64,000 nt of DNA from Macrostomum lignano (lineage: Eukaryota): the NCBI GenBank assembly GCA_002269645.1, contig NIVC01003064.1, forward strand, positions 1-64,000, in the 5' to 3' direction. This document shows, piece after piece, positions 21,701 to 32,100 of the stretch. A program made the translations under genes and the position numbers. Below the pieces are notes generated by a model. The model searched no databases. It saw nothing but the letters and a program-made list of their open reading frames with translations, and had not been told where the DNA came from. Position 1 is the first letter of the stretch. Every line of letters begins with the position of its first letter.

Positions 21701-24417
21701 GGGGGGCGGCACTTTCGATGGGAGCAACGCCGGACCTGGGGATGCTAAGATTTAGGGCGGGTGCCAGATGTCTTGTTGGGATGTCAGATGCCTTGGTAGG
21801 ATGTCAGATGCCTTGGTGGGATGTCAGATGTCTTGTTGGGATGTCAGATGCATTGGTGGGATGTCAGATGTCTTGTTGGGATGTCAGATGCCTTGGTGGG
21901 ATGTCAGATATCTTGTTGGGATGTCAGATGCCTTGGTGGGAGGTCAGATGCCTTAGTGGGATGTCAGATGTCTTGTTGGGATGTCAGATGCCTTAGTGGG
22001 ATGTCAGATGTCTTGTTGGGATGTCAGATGTCCTGGTGGGATGTCAGATGTCTTGGTGGGATGTCTTGTGAGATGCCTTGATAGGATAACTGCTGCATTG
22101 TTGGGATGCCAGGTGCTTTGACAGGGTGTCAGGCACTTTGATAGGGTGTCAGGCACTTTGATAGGGTGTCAGGCACTTTGATATAATGTCAGGGGCACGG
22201 TTAGTGTGCCAGAAGATACTCTGACGGTCACCTGGGCGCCGGATAGTCGGGGCAGAGCCGGCGCAGCAGGCGGTTCACCAGGCCGTTCCTGGTGCGCGGG
22301 TGCCGCTCGGCCGACCGCCTGTCGCAATCGGCCGCCTGCGATTCGGCCAGGCCGGCCAAAACCCAGCGGCAGCGGCGGACGCGAAGCCGGAGGGCGGCCC
22401 AGTGCCGCAACGAGTCGGCCGGACTTGAGCTGTCCGATTCCTCCGGCCGGACAGGCAGAAGGCGGTTGTTCTGCAGTCAGCCATGAGAGCAACGTTTGCT
22501 TAGTCTCCGTAGCTGGATCACGTGATTTTTATTCCGCTCACCTACTAGAGATTATGAAACTAAGAGATCTCCACATAAACTAAACTTCCAAGATTTTTAA
22601 GTCTGGAATGCCCTAGTCACGTGACTAAGTTCTAATTACCCCCCCCCTACAACACCTGATGAAATACCAAATTACCGCAAATCACGTGACGTGACACCCC
22701 AGCCAGCCGCTCAGGTGACCCTGTTCCTGCAAATCACGTGACACCCCACCCAGCCGCTCACGTGACCCTGTTCCCGCAAATCACGTGACACCCCACCCAG
22801 CCGCTCACGTGACCCTGTTCCCGCAAATCACGTGACACCCCAGCCAGCATCTCACGTGACCTTTTTGAACTGCAAATCACGTGACAACCCAGCCAGCCGC
22901 TCACGTGACCCTGTTGCCACAAATCCCGCGACACACCCGTGACATACGTGATAATACTGCAGCAGCAGGTCGCCGGCGGAAGCGCCGCCAGCGAATCTCC
23001 GCTGGGCGAATTTCCTCGCCCTCGGCGACAACTCGGCGGCGTCGTCAACAACGCAGACGGCGTCTTCGAGAAGCGGATGGTGCATGGCGGACAGGGCGGC
23101 CGCGGCCGACCGGCTTAGACGGAAGTGGCGGGCGAACTCGCTAGCGTAGGCCGGCTGTCCAGGAAACTCGTGCAGGATGCCCACGCCCTCGTGGACGAGA
23201 TTCACGCACAGCGTCGTCCTGTCGCCATTCGGGTCCCCGACGCTGGCGTCATCGCGGAGGCGGGCCTCAAGACCGTTGGTTCCGCCGCGGTCACCAATTT
23301 GGACCTCGTCGTGGTCCCCGTTGCATTCTTCCAGGCTTCGAGATTTCGTTCCCTGTAGGTGTTTTTCAGCTGGCTTGCTGACTATTCTGATAGTGAATAT
23401 CTAGGCTTGCGGCGCCAGCTGAGGGATTGAGGCCGAGGGTTCGCGGCGCCAGCTGAGGGACTGAGGTTTAGTGGGGCCAGCTGAGGGACTGAGGGTTAGC
23501 GGCGCCAACTGAGGGACTGAGGGGAGGGACTGAGGGTTAGTGGCGCCAACTGAGGGACTGAGGGTTAGCGGCGCCAGCTGAGGACTGAGGTTTAGTGGCG
23601 CCAGCTGAGGGATTGAGGGTTAGCGGCGCCAGCTGAGGACTGAGGTTTAGTGGCGCCAGCTGAGGGACTGAGGTTTAGTGGCGCCAGCTGAGGGATTATT
23701 ATTTTTATTAGAGGCAGGGGGTTGTGTGCACCCTGGCGCGACATAGGCACACAACCGGCGAGAGGCATTACTGCCCATTCCGCCGACTCCCCTGAGCAGG
23801 CATACAAGCGCGCGGATACGTACGCAGGCACACACTCACACAGGAGTGTACAGCGGCCCTAACTTTATTTTATCGTTAGGCATGTACACTTCACTGCGCC
23901 TTGGGGGGTTGGCTCTCAAGGCCGTTAATTGCACGAGCAGAGCCAAGCCGAGATTCCAATTCAGTCCCAAATTAATGTGACTGCACTTGGAATCGAGCCT
24001 GGGTCGCTGGCACACCAGAGCAGCTGCGCTACCGCTGGGCTACGGCCCCCCTCAGCTGAGGGATTGAGGGTTCGCGGTGCCAGCTGAGGGACTGAGGGTT
24101 AGCGGCGCCAGCTGAGGTACTGAGGGTTCGCGGCGCCAGCTGAGGGACTGAGGGTTAGCGGCGCTAACTGAGGGACTGAGGGTTTGTGGGGCCAACTGAG
24201 GGACTGAAGTTAAGTGGCACCAAGGATATGAAATGATTGCTATAAACCTCAATAGTGTAGACTGACTTACCCAAAAGATTTCTTCAGTGGACACAGATAG
24301 GCCAGGAAATTCAGCTTGCAAGAAGGGAATGACACTGTTGGACAGGTCGAGCACCTGCAAGTCCAGCTCATCAAAGCAGGAAAGCTTGATAAGTAAAGAT
24401 TTGCCACACCAGGTCAT
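15269..24417 (-). CDS. 9-exon DUF4062-like / NACHT-like P-loop / TPR protein (NPHP3/TTC41/TEP1-type architecture), 1220 aa
   Basis: Exons: 24417-24271, 23352-22948, 22470-22232, 21735-21207, 21105-20716, 20251-19692, 19014-18646, 17857-17305, 15739-15269. All junctions are GT-AG, phases are compatible, and the total is 3663 nt with no internal stop. Motifs: VIPFLQAEF..EEIFW|G, VLLVGEPGEGKA, PLHLILPGCDQL..LNWLP..VRVLIS, LAFRHPALRKAAR, LFGDCHRLVGRLYINIG, LVYGPDHPKT. Confidence 0.82.
15886..16856. repeat. Intron 8 minisatellite, 27-bp unit with 24-bp variant
   Basis: GACACCAATCATCAAGTGACCACCCGT / GACCCCAATCATCAAATAACCCGT. Confidence 0.95.
17305..17857 (-). CDS. NACHT/TPR gene exon 8 (TPR-like)
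   Basis: ccgcag|CLEAAK..GIAYEDK|gtgggc, 553 nt. Confidence 0.85.
17950..18595. repeat. Intron 7 minisatellite, 30-bp unit (35-bp variant)
   Basis: GAGGATCAGGGAGACGATCAGAGGGGATTT. Confidence 0.95.
18646..19014 (-). CDS. NACHT/TPR gene exon 7
   Basis: ccccag|SLQQPSAQFWLSRLA..GHYRK|gtgagc, 369 nt. Confidence 0.85.
19063..19210. other. Long inverted repeat (46-bp arms) in intron 6; MITE-like or hairpin RNA
   Basis: 19076-19121 is the reverse complement of 19152-19197 with one mismatch. The 30-nt loop contains GTCACGTGAC. Confidence 0.85.
19250..19688. repeat. Intron 6 G-rich ~21-bp minisatellite
   Basis: GGGCGGAAACTGTGGGTGAAT and variants. Confidence 0.9.
19692..20251 (-). CDS. NACHT/TPR gene exon 6 (helical/winged-helix region)
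   Basis: cctcag|VGPQPP..RKAAR|gtcagt, 560 nt. Confidence 0.85.
20263..20604. repeat. Intron 5 16-bp near-perfect minisatellite, about 21 copies
   Basis: ATGGATCAGGGACTAG. Confidence 0.97.
20716..21105 (-). CDS. NACHT/TPR gene exon 5 (Walker B region)
   Basis: ccgcag|APFCSD..PLHLILPGCDQL..ASADA|gtgagc, 390 nt. Confidence 0.85.
21207..21735 (-). CDS. NACHT/TPR gene exon 4 (Walker A region)
   Basis: ccccag|..GEPGEGKACVL..ELLAYQ|gtatag, 529 nt. Confidence 0.85.
21765..22075. repeat. Intron 3 20-bp minisatellite
   Basis: TGTCAGATG(T/C)CTT(G/A)(T/G)TGGGA-type units. Confidence 0.92.
22232..22470 (-). CDS. NACHT/TPR gene exon 3
   Basis: ctgcag|NNRLLP..PDYPAP(R)|gtgacc, 239 nt. Confidence 0.75.
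22680..22940. repeat. Intron 2 47-bp repeat with two TCACGTGA per unit
   Basis: TCACGTGA at 22734/22758, 22781/22805, 22828/22852, 22877/22901. Confidence 0.9.
22948..23352 (-). CDS. NACHT/TPR gene exon 2
   Basis: ctacag|GTKSRSLEEC..LLLQYYH|gtatgt, 405 nt, open. Confidence 0.8.
23410..24205. repeat. Intron 1 ~27-28 bp minisatellite interrupted by a SINE
   Basis: CAGCTGAGGGACTGAGGGTTAGCGGCGC units occur on both sides of 23698-24052. Confidence 0.9.
23698..24052 (-). mobile_element. Full-length tRNA-derived SINE, second family (355 bp)
   Basis: Head GGGGGGCCGTAGCCCAGCGG...GGCTCGATTCC (A and B boxes) and A-rich tail CTAATAAAAATAAT. The 13-bp TSD CAGCTGAGGGATT lies at 23685-23697 and 24053-24065. 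Confidence 0.88.
24271..24417 (-). CDS. NACHT/TPR gene exon 1 (DUF4062-like N-terminus)
   Basis: cag|cATG..MTWCGKSLLIKLSCFDELDLQVLDLSNSVIPFLQAEFPGLSVSTEEIFW|gtaagt. It joins the G of exon 2 to give FWG. Confidence 0.65.
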
Positions 24418-25249
24418 GCTGTGTTGAAACCACAGTATTGTTTATTCAGTTCAAGAATTACATGGGGGTGTCTTAGAGATGAGAATCTCTCATGCATGTT
24501 AATGAAATATTAGTTATTGATTTTAAAATTATTTTACTCTTCTAAATGTAGCTTAGATAAACTAATAATATTTTAATAATTTCCCATCAAGAAATTAGTT
24601 CACTGTGTAGTAGGCAAGGCCTCCCACTGTTCCCTACTGAGTGTCTTTGCTCACCATGTGAAATGCTTTTACTTTAAGTATATTCATGTTATTTTCCTAT
24701 GTGGAAATCACTATTTTGCCCCTTAGTGTACTTTGGGTACCCACCCCCTATAATTTTTATTTTGCTATTAATTTAAAAAGGGTTACACCCAGTATTTAGT
24801 CCTTACCACCTAATATACTTCTATTTTCTATTGTGTGAAACTCTTTCCACTTGGAGCAACCTTTTTTCTCTTAGTAGCTTATAACATTACTATTTAAGAG
24901 TCTAGGTGCCCTTTTTTCCCATTAGACTCTTGTGTGGAACCCATATAGACCTATTAAATGACCTCTTTCTAATATTCCTAACACAGGAGGACCTATGTAT
25001 AATCCTAGTTTCTCCCTTGACCCAACCAACTCTGTTTTTAAATAATTAATCAATGTATATATTACAATAATTTGTTATTTAAATATAATCTTATTTTATT
25101 AATAATTAAATTTTTATTTTACCTATCTAGATAAAAACAAAAAATGATAGTACAAAGCATATCAATATAGCTCACATCACAAATGGATGGTAGATAATAA
25201 GATAAAATGACTTAATGACTAAAATCCATACAACCAATGGCAACCAATC

Positions 25250-25325
25250 AAAAGGGCGACAGATGAAAAGGGCAACAGTTAAAAGGGTGACAGTCAAAAG
25301 GGCGACAGTCAAAAGGGTGACAGGG
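25250..25325. repeat. 15-bp short tandem repeat (AAAAGGG(C/T)GACAGTC), 5 copies
   Basis: Direct reading. Confidence 0.8.
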
Positions 25326-27267
25326 TATAAAATGAACTACTTAAGTGGAAGGACGGGAAACCTTGTTTCTTAGAAAACCTTAGAATCTTAGCAATAACAA
25401 TTTTTGTGCTCTACATTTTTGTTACTCTACATTAAAAATGCTATAATAAATTTTAACTATATATATACGAGTATATACGAATGAATATACGAACCATATA
25501 CGAACCATATATATATATAAATTTTTTATATATGCCCAAATTAAAAAATTTACCTAGCTATGCAACCTAATTTTTGACAAAAAATGTGATTTACTTATGA
25601 AAGAAGCCCTAAAACAAAAAATAATGTAATTTTGAATAAACAACAAAAGTAACTTTGACTATATTATAACTATATTATTAATTTAAATGTCTCATCATCT
25701 AATTAGTTAATATAATGCCTATATTTTTAGGTTAGCATTTTTGAGACTTACCTTGGCTAGACCTCTTGCTAACTGGCCAAATCAGCTCAGGTTGGCTGGG
25801 TATTAGGCATGTTGGGGCCTATGTATTTAATTGAAAATTGTCAGTGACTCAACTGTGACAAGATCTCACCCAACCTCTAAAAATATCAATACATATATTG
25901 GATAGGGATTCTGAAGATTCCTGACCTAACTCACTTACTACCATAATTCTAAAACCCCTGGCTTGCAGCCAAGCCAAATTAAATTGTCTACAATACAATA
26001 CCTCACAGTAAGTCGTGACCAAGTCTTGAAAAAGTCACAAAAAACGTCTGATGATGCATAAGCAAGAAGAATTGGGGGAACCGGGAAGTGTTTATTTATC
26101 AATTTATGTGGGTTTTTAATCCCATTCAATTAATAGGGCCTAGCTTAGGAGTCAAGATTTTGCGTTGTAGTACATAAGTACAAGAAGACGTAGCTGTAAA
26201 ACTTGTAGACGTCATGCAGCTGAAGTTATAGAATTAGAGTATAAATAGGCCTAATACTAATAATAGGCTTGACTTGTTATGTATAAAAATAAAAAAATAA
26301 AAATTTATCATTTATTCATCAATCATGCTTGCAAAAATGGTTATTATAAGCTGTTTAATTTATAAATAATTTTTATCAAAAAAAGTTTTCTGTCATATCT
26401 GCCTATCTATTAGCCTGATTGATCATCGATTTCCAAGAAAATTGTTTCTTCAATTCTAACAACTCTCAAACTCAAACGCGGTAATTAAAGTCTTTAGTAC
26501 ACTAAAGCAAATGTTTTCATTTTGGCAATAACGATCTGCTTTTTATCAGCAAATATTTTTTTAATCTCAAACTAAAATATTAATTAGATTTTTTTTAGCC
26601 GACTGGTTTCTATAAAGCACTTAGTTCTTAAAAATTGAACCAAATCCAATATACTAAAAATGGTCTGTCTGTGTCTATGTGATCGATTAGAGAAAAAATG
26701 GCTGGACCGATTTTGTTCGAACTAGCACTGTTCGATCAGAAATTTTCCCGTGACTGTACATGCATCGTGGCTAAGAAATTGCTCGATGCTAAAGGCATTA
26801 AATATTCGAAAAACATGCTTTTTTGCAAAGGTCAAGCAAACTTTTCGACTTGAAATGCATTGTAAGAATGCTAGAGAAAAAACTGACTGGTTGAATTCTG
26901 ATTCTGAAATAGATTGCATCATAACTGAATTGTAACTCCGACTTGAATTGAAAATGCAGTGTGGAAGCGTAGCACCAGACTTGATTTAAATTGCGTAACC
27001 ATATTGTTAACTGATACTGACTGACTGAGAAACTGATTATGTCATAACTGCTTCGTGTGATTTACTCTATGCTTGGATTTTCAAGTGTTGAATTATATAA
27101 GTGCAAAATTTGATGTTATCAAAACGATGAGAGCTAGCCTAGAGGTGAACAAACTGAACTGCTAAATGCAGCGACGATGGTTCGAATTTTCATAGAGTAT
27201 AATTTTTTTAATTAAAGCTTTTCAACGTCAGGAAAACTAAAAGACTTTTTAAAAAGAAGCGTCATGT

Positions 27268-27975
27268 AAAAATCATAGAAGCGTCATTTACAAAATCATA
27301 GTAGCGTCATTTACAAAATCATAGAAGCATCATTTAAAAAATCATAGAAGCGTCATATAAAAATCATAGATGCGTCATTTAAACTATCATAGAAGCGTCA
27401 TGTAAAATATCATAGAAGCGTCATGTAAACCATCATAGAAGCGTCATGTAAAAAATCGTAGAAGCGTCATGTAAACAATCATAGAAGCGTCATGTAAAAA
27501 ATCATAGAAGCGTCATATAAAATCATAGAAGCGTCATTTAAAAAATCATAGAAGCGTCATGTAAACAATCATAGAAGCGTCATGTAAAAAATCGTAGAAG
27601 CGTCATGTAAAAAATCTTAGAAGCGTCATGTAAACAATCATAGAAGCGTCATGTAAACAATCATAGAAGCGTCATGTAAAAAATCTTAGAAGCGTCATGT
27701 AAACAATCATAGAAGCGTCATGTAAACAATCATAGAAGAGTCATGTAAAAAATCATAGAAGCGTCATGTAAACAATCATAGAAGCGCCATGTAAAAAATC
27801 ATAGAAGCGTCATGTAAACAATCATAGAAGTGTCATGTAAAAAATTGTAGAAGCGTCATGTAAACAATCATAGAAGCGTCATGTAAACAATCATAGAAGC
27901 GTCATATAAAAATCATAGAAGCGTCATGTAAAAATCATAGAAGCGTCAAGAAAAAATCATAGAAGCCTCATTTAA
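27268..27975. repeat. ~23-bp satellite TCATAGAAGCGTCATGTAAA(A/C)AA in H1 (also 35123-36015 and 47390-48285)
   Basis: Direct reading. Confidence 0.95.
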
Positions 27976-28832
27976 AAACTAATGAAAGTGTCATTTAAAA
28001 AATTAAGAATCGTCACGGTAGAATAAAAGAAACGTCATGTCAGACATGAAGGGTTCATGTAAAAATGAAATGCAATTATAATGCTGTGCTGGGGAGAAAA
28101 ACTGAGACGTAAAGGCTCTCAGAGAATAACTGAGATTACGGGGGGGGGATTTCTGAGATGTCAAAGCAAAAGTCAGAAGCTACTTCAAAGTTCATGTCAC
28201 GGGGGGGGCGCTGATAGAAGAAGAGTCATGTAAAAAATAAAAGTAGCACTATGTATACATAAAATAAAAGTCATGTCGAAGTTAAAAGATTCATTTGGGA
28301 ATTGCTACGATGTCAAAGCTTGGTGGAAATCGTTATAGTGCTGTTATTCTTAAAGAAGGAATCACTAAAATGTCAAGGCTTAGGGGAGAAGAATTGCTGA
28401 GATTTCAAGGCTTTAGGTTGGGTTAAAGTTAGGTTTAGGTCAGGTGTGGGTTGAGGGTTATATTTTATCGGGTTTCAAGGTTAACAGGGGATTTTTTAGA
28501 TTTCAAGGTTTATGGGGGCCATTGCTGACATGTCAAGGCTTACGGGGGGAATAGCTGAGATGTCAAGGCTCACGGGGGTATAAATGAGATTTCAAGGCTA
28601 AAGTCAGAAGCTACATGTAGTTTATTGAAAACTTTTTATTACATTATTTGATGCCTCCTTAGGGGAGGGATCGCTGATAAAAAAGCGTAATGTAAAAAAT
28701 AAAAGAAGCTTCATGTCGAAGTTAAGAGATTCATTTGGGAATCCCTACGATGTTGAGGCTTGCAGGGAATCGCTATAATGCTGTAGTAGTGCTATAATGA
28801 CTCTTAGAGAGAATTACTGAAATTTCAATGCT

Positions 28833-28882
28833 TTAGGGTTAGGTTAGGGTTAGGGTTAGGGTTAGGGTTAGGCTAGGGTTAG
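28833..28882 (+). repeat. Interstitial telomere-type (TTAGGG)n (also 36951-36984, 41103-41152, 49221-49254)
   Basis: Five to eight consecutive TTAGGG or variant hexamers. Confidence 0.9.
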
Positions 28883-29106
28883 AAGGTTGACAGATATTTT
28901 TAGATTTCCAAGGCTTATTGGGGGCATTGCTGAGATGTCAAGGGGGGAAGTTGATATGTTAAAGCTTGTGGGGGGGGGATAACTGACATGTCAAGGCTTA
29001 CAAGGTTTGACAGAAGATTTTTCAAGATTTCAAGGATACATGTAGCTTATTAAAAAAACGTGTATTGCATTTCTTTGGCTCCCCAATGGGGGGCGTAGAT
29101 TGCTAG

Positions 29107-32100
29107 TCTAATATACTAAAAATGAAATGCTTGGTTGCTTGCTTGTAATTGATTTTCTCCCGAACGGCTCAACCGATTTTCTTCAAACTTGCACCATTCG
29201 ATCAGAAATTTTCCCGGGACGGTACATGCATATTGGCTAAGAAATTGCTCAATGTTAAAGGGATTAAATATTCGAAAAACATGATTTTTTGCAAAGGTCA
29301 AGCAGCTCTTTCGACCTGAAATGCATTGTAAGAATGCTAGAGAAAAATCTGACTGGTTGAATTCTGATTCTGAAATAGATTGCATCACAATACACTTTAT
29401 TTATCGTCTGTGTACTGGCTGAATTTGACACTCAATTGAATTGCGTCACAGCTTTGAGGGTGAAAGTATAGTGCAGTACTGAATTTATATTACGTAACCA
29501 TATTGTTAACTTTCATAGACACTGGTACTGACTTGCCTAAGAAATTGATTATGTCATAACTGCTTCGCGTGACTTTTTACTCTACCTGACTTGGTGTGAG
29601 TGTTGAATTAATTATATAAGTGGTACAAATTCACTGATAACTTCGATGAGAGCTAGCCTAGAGCTGAGCAGACCAGACTGCTAATGCAGCGACCTGGGTT
29701 CGAATCTAAGTAGTTTAAAAGTAGTAGTGTAAAATTTTTTATTAAAAGCTTTTATTAAAGGACTAAATAAAAACACTTAGATTACTGCACTCGATAAGCT
29801 AAGGATTATTGCTCTTGGCAAACCAAGGAATACTGCACTCGATAAGCCAAGGATTATTGCTCTTGGCAAACCAAGGATTACTGCACTCGATAAGCCATGG
29901 ATTATTGCTATTAATAAACCAAGGATTACTGCACTCGATAAGCCAAGGATTATTGCTATTAATAAACCATGAATTACTGCACTCGATAAGCCAAGGATTA
30001 TTGCTATTAATAAACCAAGGATTACTGCACTCATAAGCCATGGATTATTGCTATTAATAAACCAAGGATTACTGCACTCGATAAGCCAAGGATTATTGCT
30101 ATTAATAAACCAAGGATTACTGCACTCGATAAACCAAGGATTATTGCTATTAATAAACCAAGGATTACTGCACTCGATAAGCCAAGGACTATTGCTATTA
30201 ATAAACCAAGGATTACTGCACTCAATAAACCAAGGACTATTGCTCTTGGCAAACCAAGGATTACTGCACTCGATAAGCCAAGGACTATTGCTCTTGGCAA
30301 ACCAAGGATTACTGCACTCGATAAGCCATGGATTATTGCTATTAATAAACCAAGGATTACTGCACTCGATAAGCCAAGGATTATTGCTATTAATAAACTA
30401 AGGATTACTGCACTCGATAAACCAAGGATTATTGCTATTAATAAACCAAGGATTATGCACTTGGCAAACCAAGGATTACTGCAATCGATAAGCCAAGGAT
30501 TATTGCTATTAATAAACCAAGCATTACTGCACTCAATAAACCAAGGACTATTGCTATTAATAAACCAAGGATTACTGCACTCAAAAAACCAAGGACTATT
30601 GCTCTTGGCAAACCAAGGATTACTGCACTCGATAAGCCAAGGATTATTGCTATTAATAAACCAAGGATTACTGCACTCGATAAGCCAAGGATTATTGCTA
30701 TTAATAAACCAAGGATTAATGCACTCGATAAACCAAGGATTATTGCTATTAATAAACCAAGGATTACTGCACTCGATAAGCCAAGGATTATTGCTATTAA
30801 TAAACCAAGGATTATGCACTTGGCAAACCAAGGATTACTGCACTCGATAAGCCAAGGATTATTGCTATTAATAAACCAAGGATTACTGCACTCAATAAAC
30901 CAAGGACTATTGCTATTAATAAACCAAGGATTACTGCACTCAATAAACCAAGGACTATTGCTCTTGGCAAACCAAGGATTACTGCACTCGATAAGCCAAG
31001 GACTATTGCTCTTGGCAAACCAAGGATTACTGCACTCGATAAGCCATGGATTATTGCTATTAATAAACCAAGGATTACTGCACTCGATAAGCCAAGGATT
31101 ATTGCTATTAATAAACCAAGGATTACTGCACTCGATAAACCAAGGATTATGCACTTGGCAAACCAAGGATTACTGCACTCGATAAGCCAAGGATTATTGC
31201 TATTAATAAACCAAGGATTACTGCACTCGATAAGCCAAGGATTATTGCTATTAATAAACCAAGGATTAATGCACTCGATAAACCAAGGATTATTGCTATT
31301 AATAAACCAAGGATTACTGCACTCGATAAGCCAAGGATTATTGCTATTAATAAACCAAGGATTATGCACTTGGCAAACCAAGGACTATTGCTCTTGGCAA
31401 ACCAAGGATTACTGCACTCGATAAGCCAAGGATTATTGCTATTAATAAACCAAGGATTACTGCACTCGATAAGCCAAGGATTATTGCTATTAATAAACCA
31501 AGGATTAATGCACTCGATAAACCAAGGATTATTGCTATTAATAAACCAAGGATTACTGCACTCGATAAGCCAAGGATTATTGCTATTAATAAACCAAGGA
31601 TTATGCACTTGACAAACCAAGGATTACTGCACTCGATAAGCCAAGGATTATTGCTATTAATAAACCAAGGATTACTGCACTCAATAAACCAAGGACTATT
31701 GCTATTAATAAACCAAGGATTACTGCACTCAATAAACCAAGGACTATTGCTCTTGGCAAACCAAGGATTACTGCACTCGATAAGCCAAGGACTATTGCTC
31801 TTGGCAAACCAAGGATTACTGCACTCGATAAGCCATGGATTATTGCTATTAATAAACCAAGGATTACTGCACTCGATAAGCCAAGGATTATTGCTATTAA
31901 TAAACCAAGGATTACTGCACTCGATAAACCAAGGATTATGCACTTGGCAAACCAAGGATTACTGCACTCGATAAGCCAAGGATTATTGCTATTAATAAAC
32001 CAAGGATTACTGCACTCGATAAGCCAAGGATTATTGCTATTAATAAACCAAGCATTACTGCACTCAATAAACCAAGGACTATTGCTCTTGGCAAACCAAA

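Larger units (their letters stand above)
26645..29106 (+). mobile_element. Helitron unit H1
   Basis: 5' TC, then AAATGGCTGGACCGATTTT. 3' end GCTCCCCAATGGGGGGC-N8-CTAG. Confidence 0.8.
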
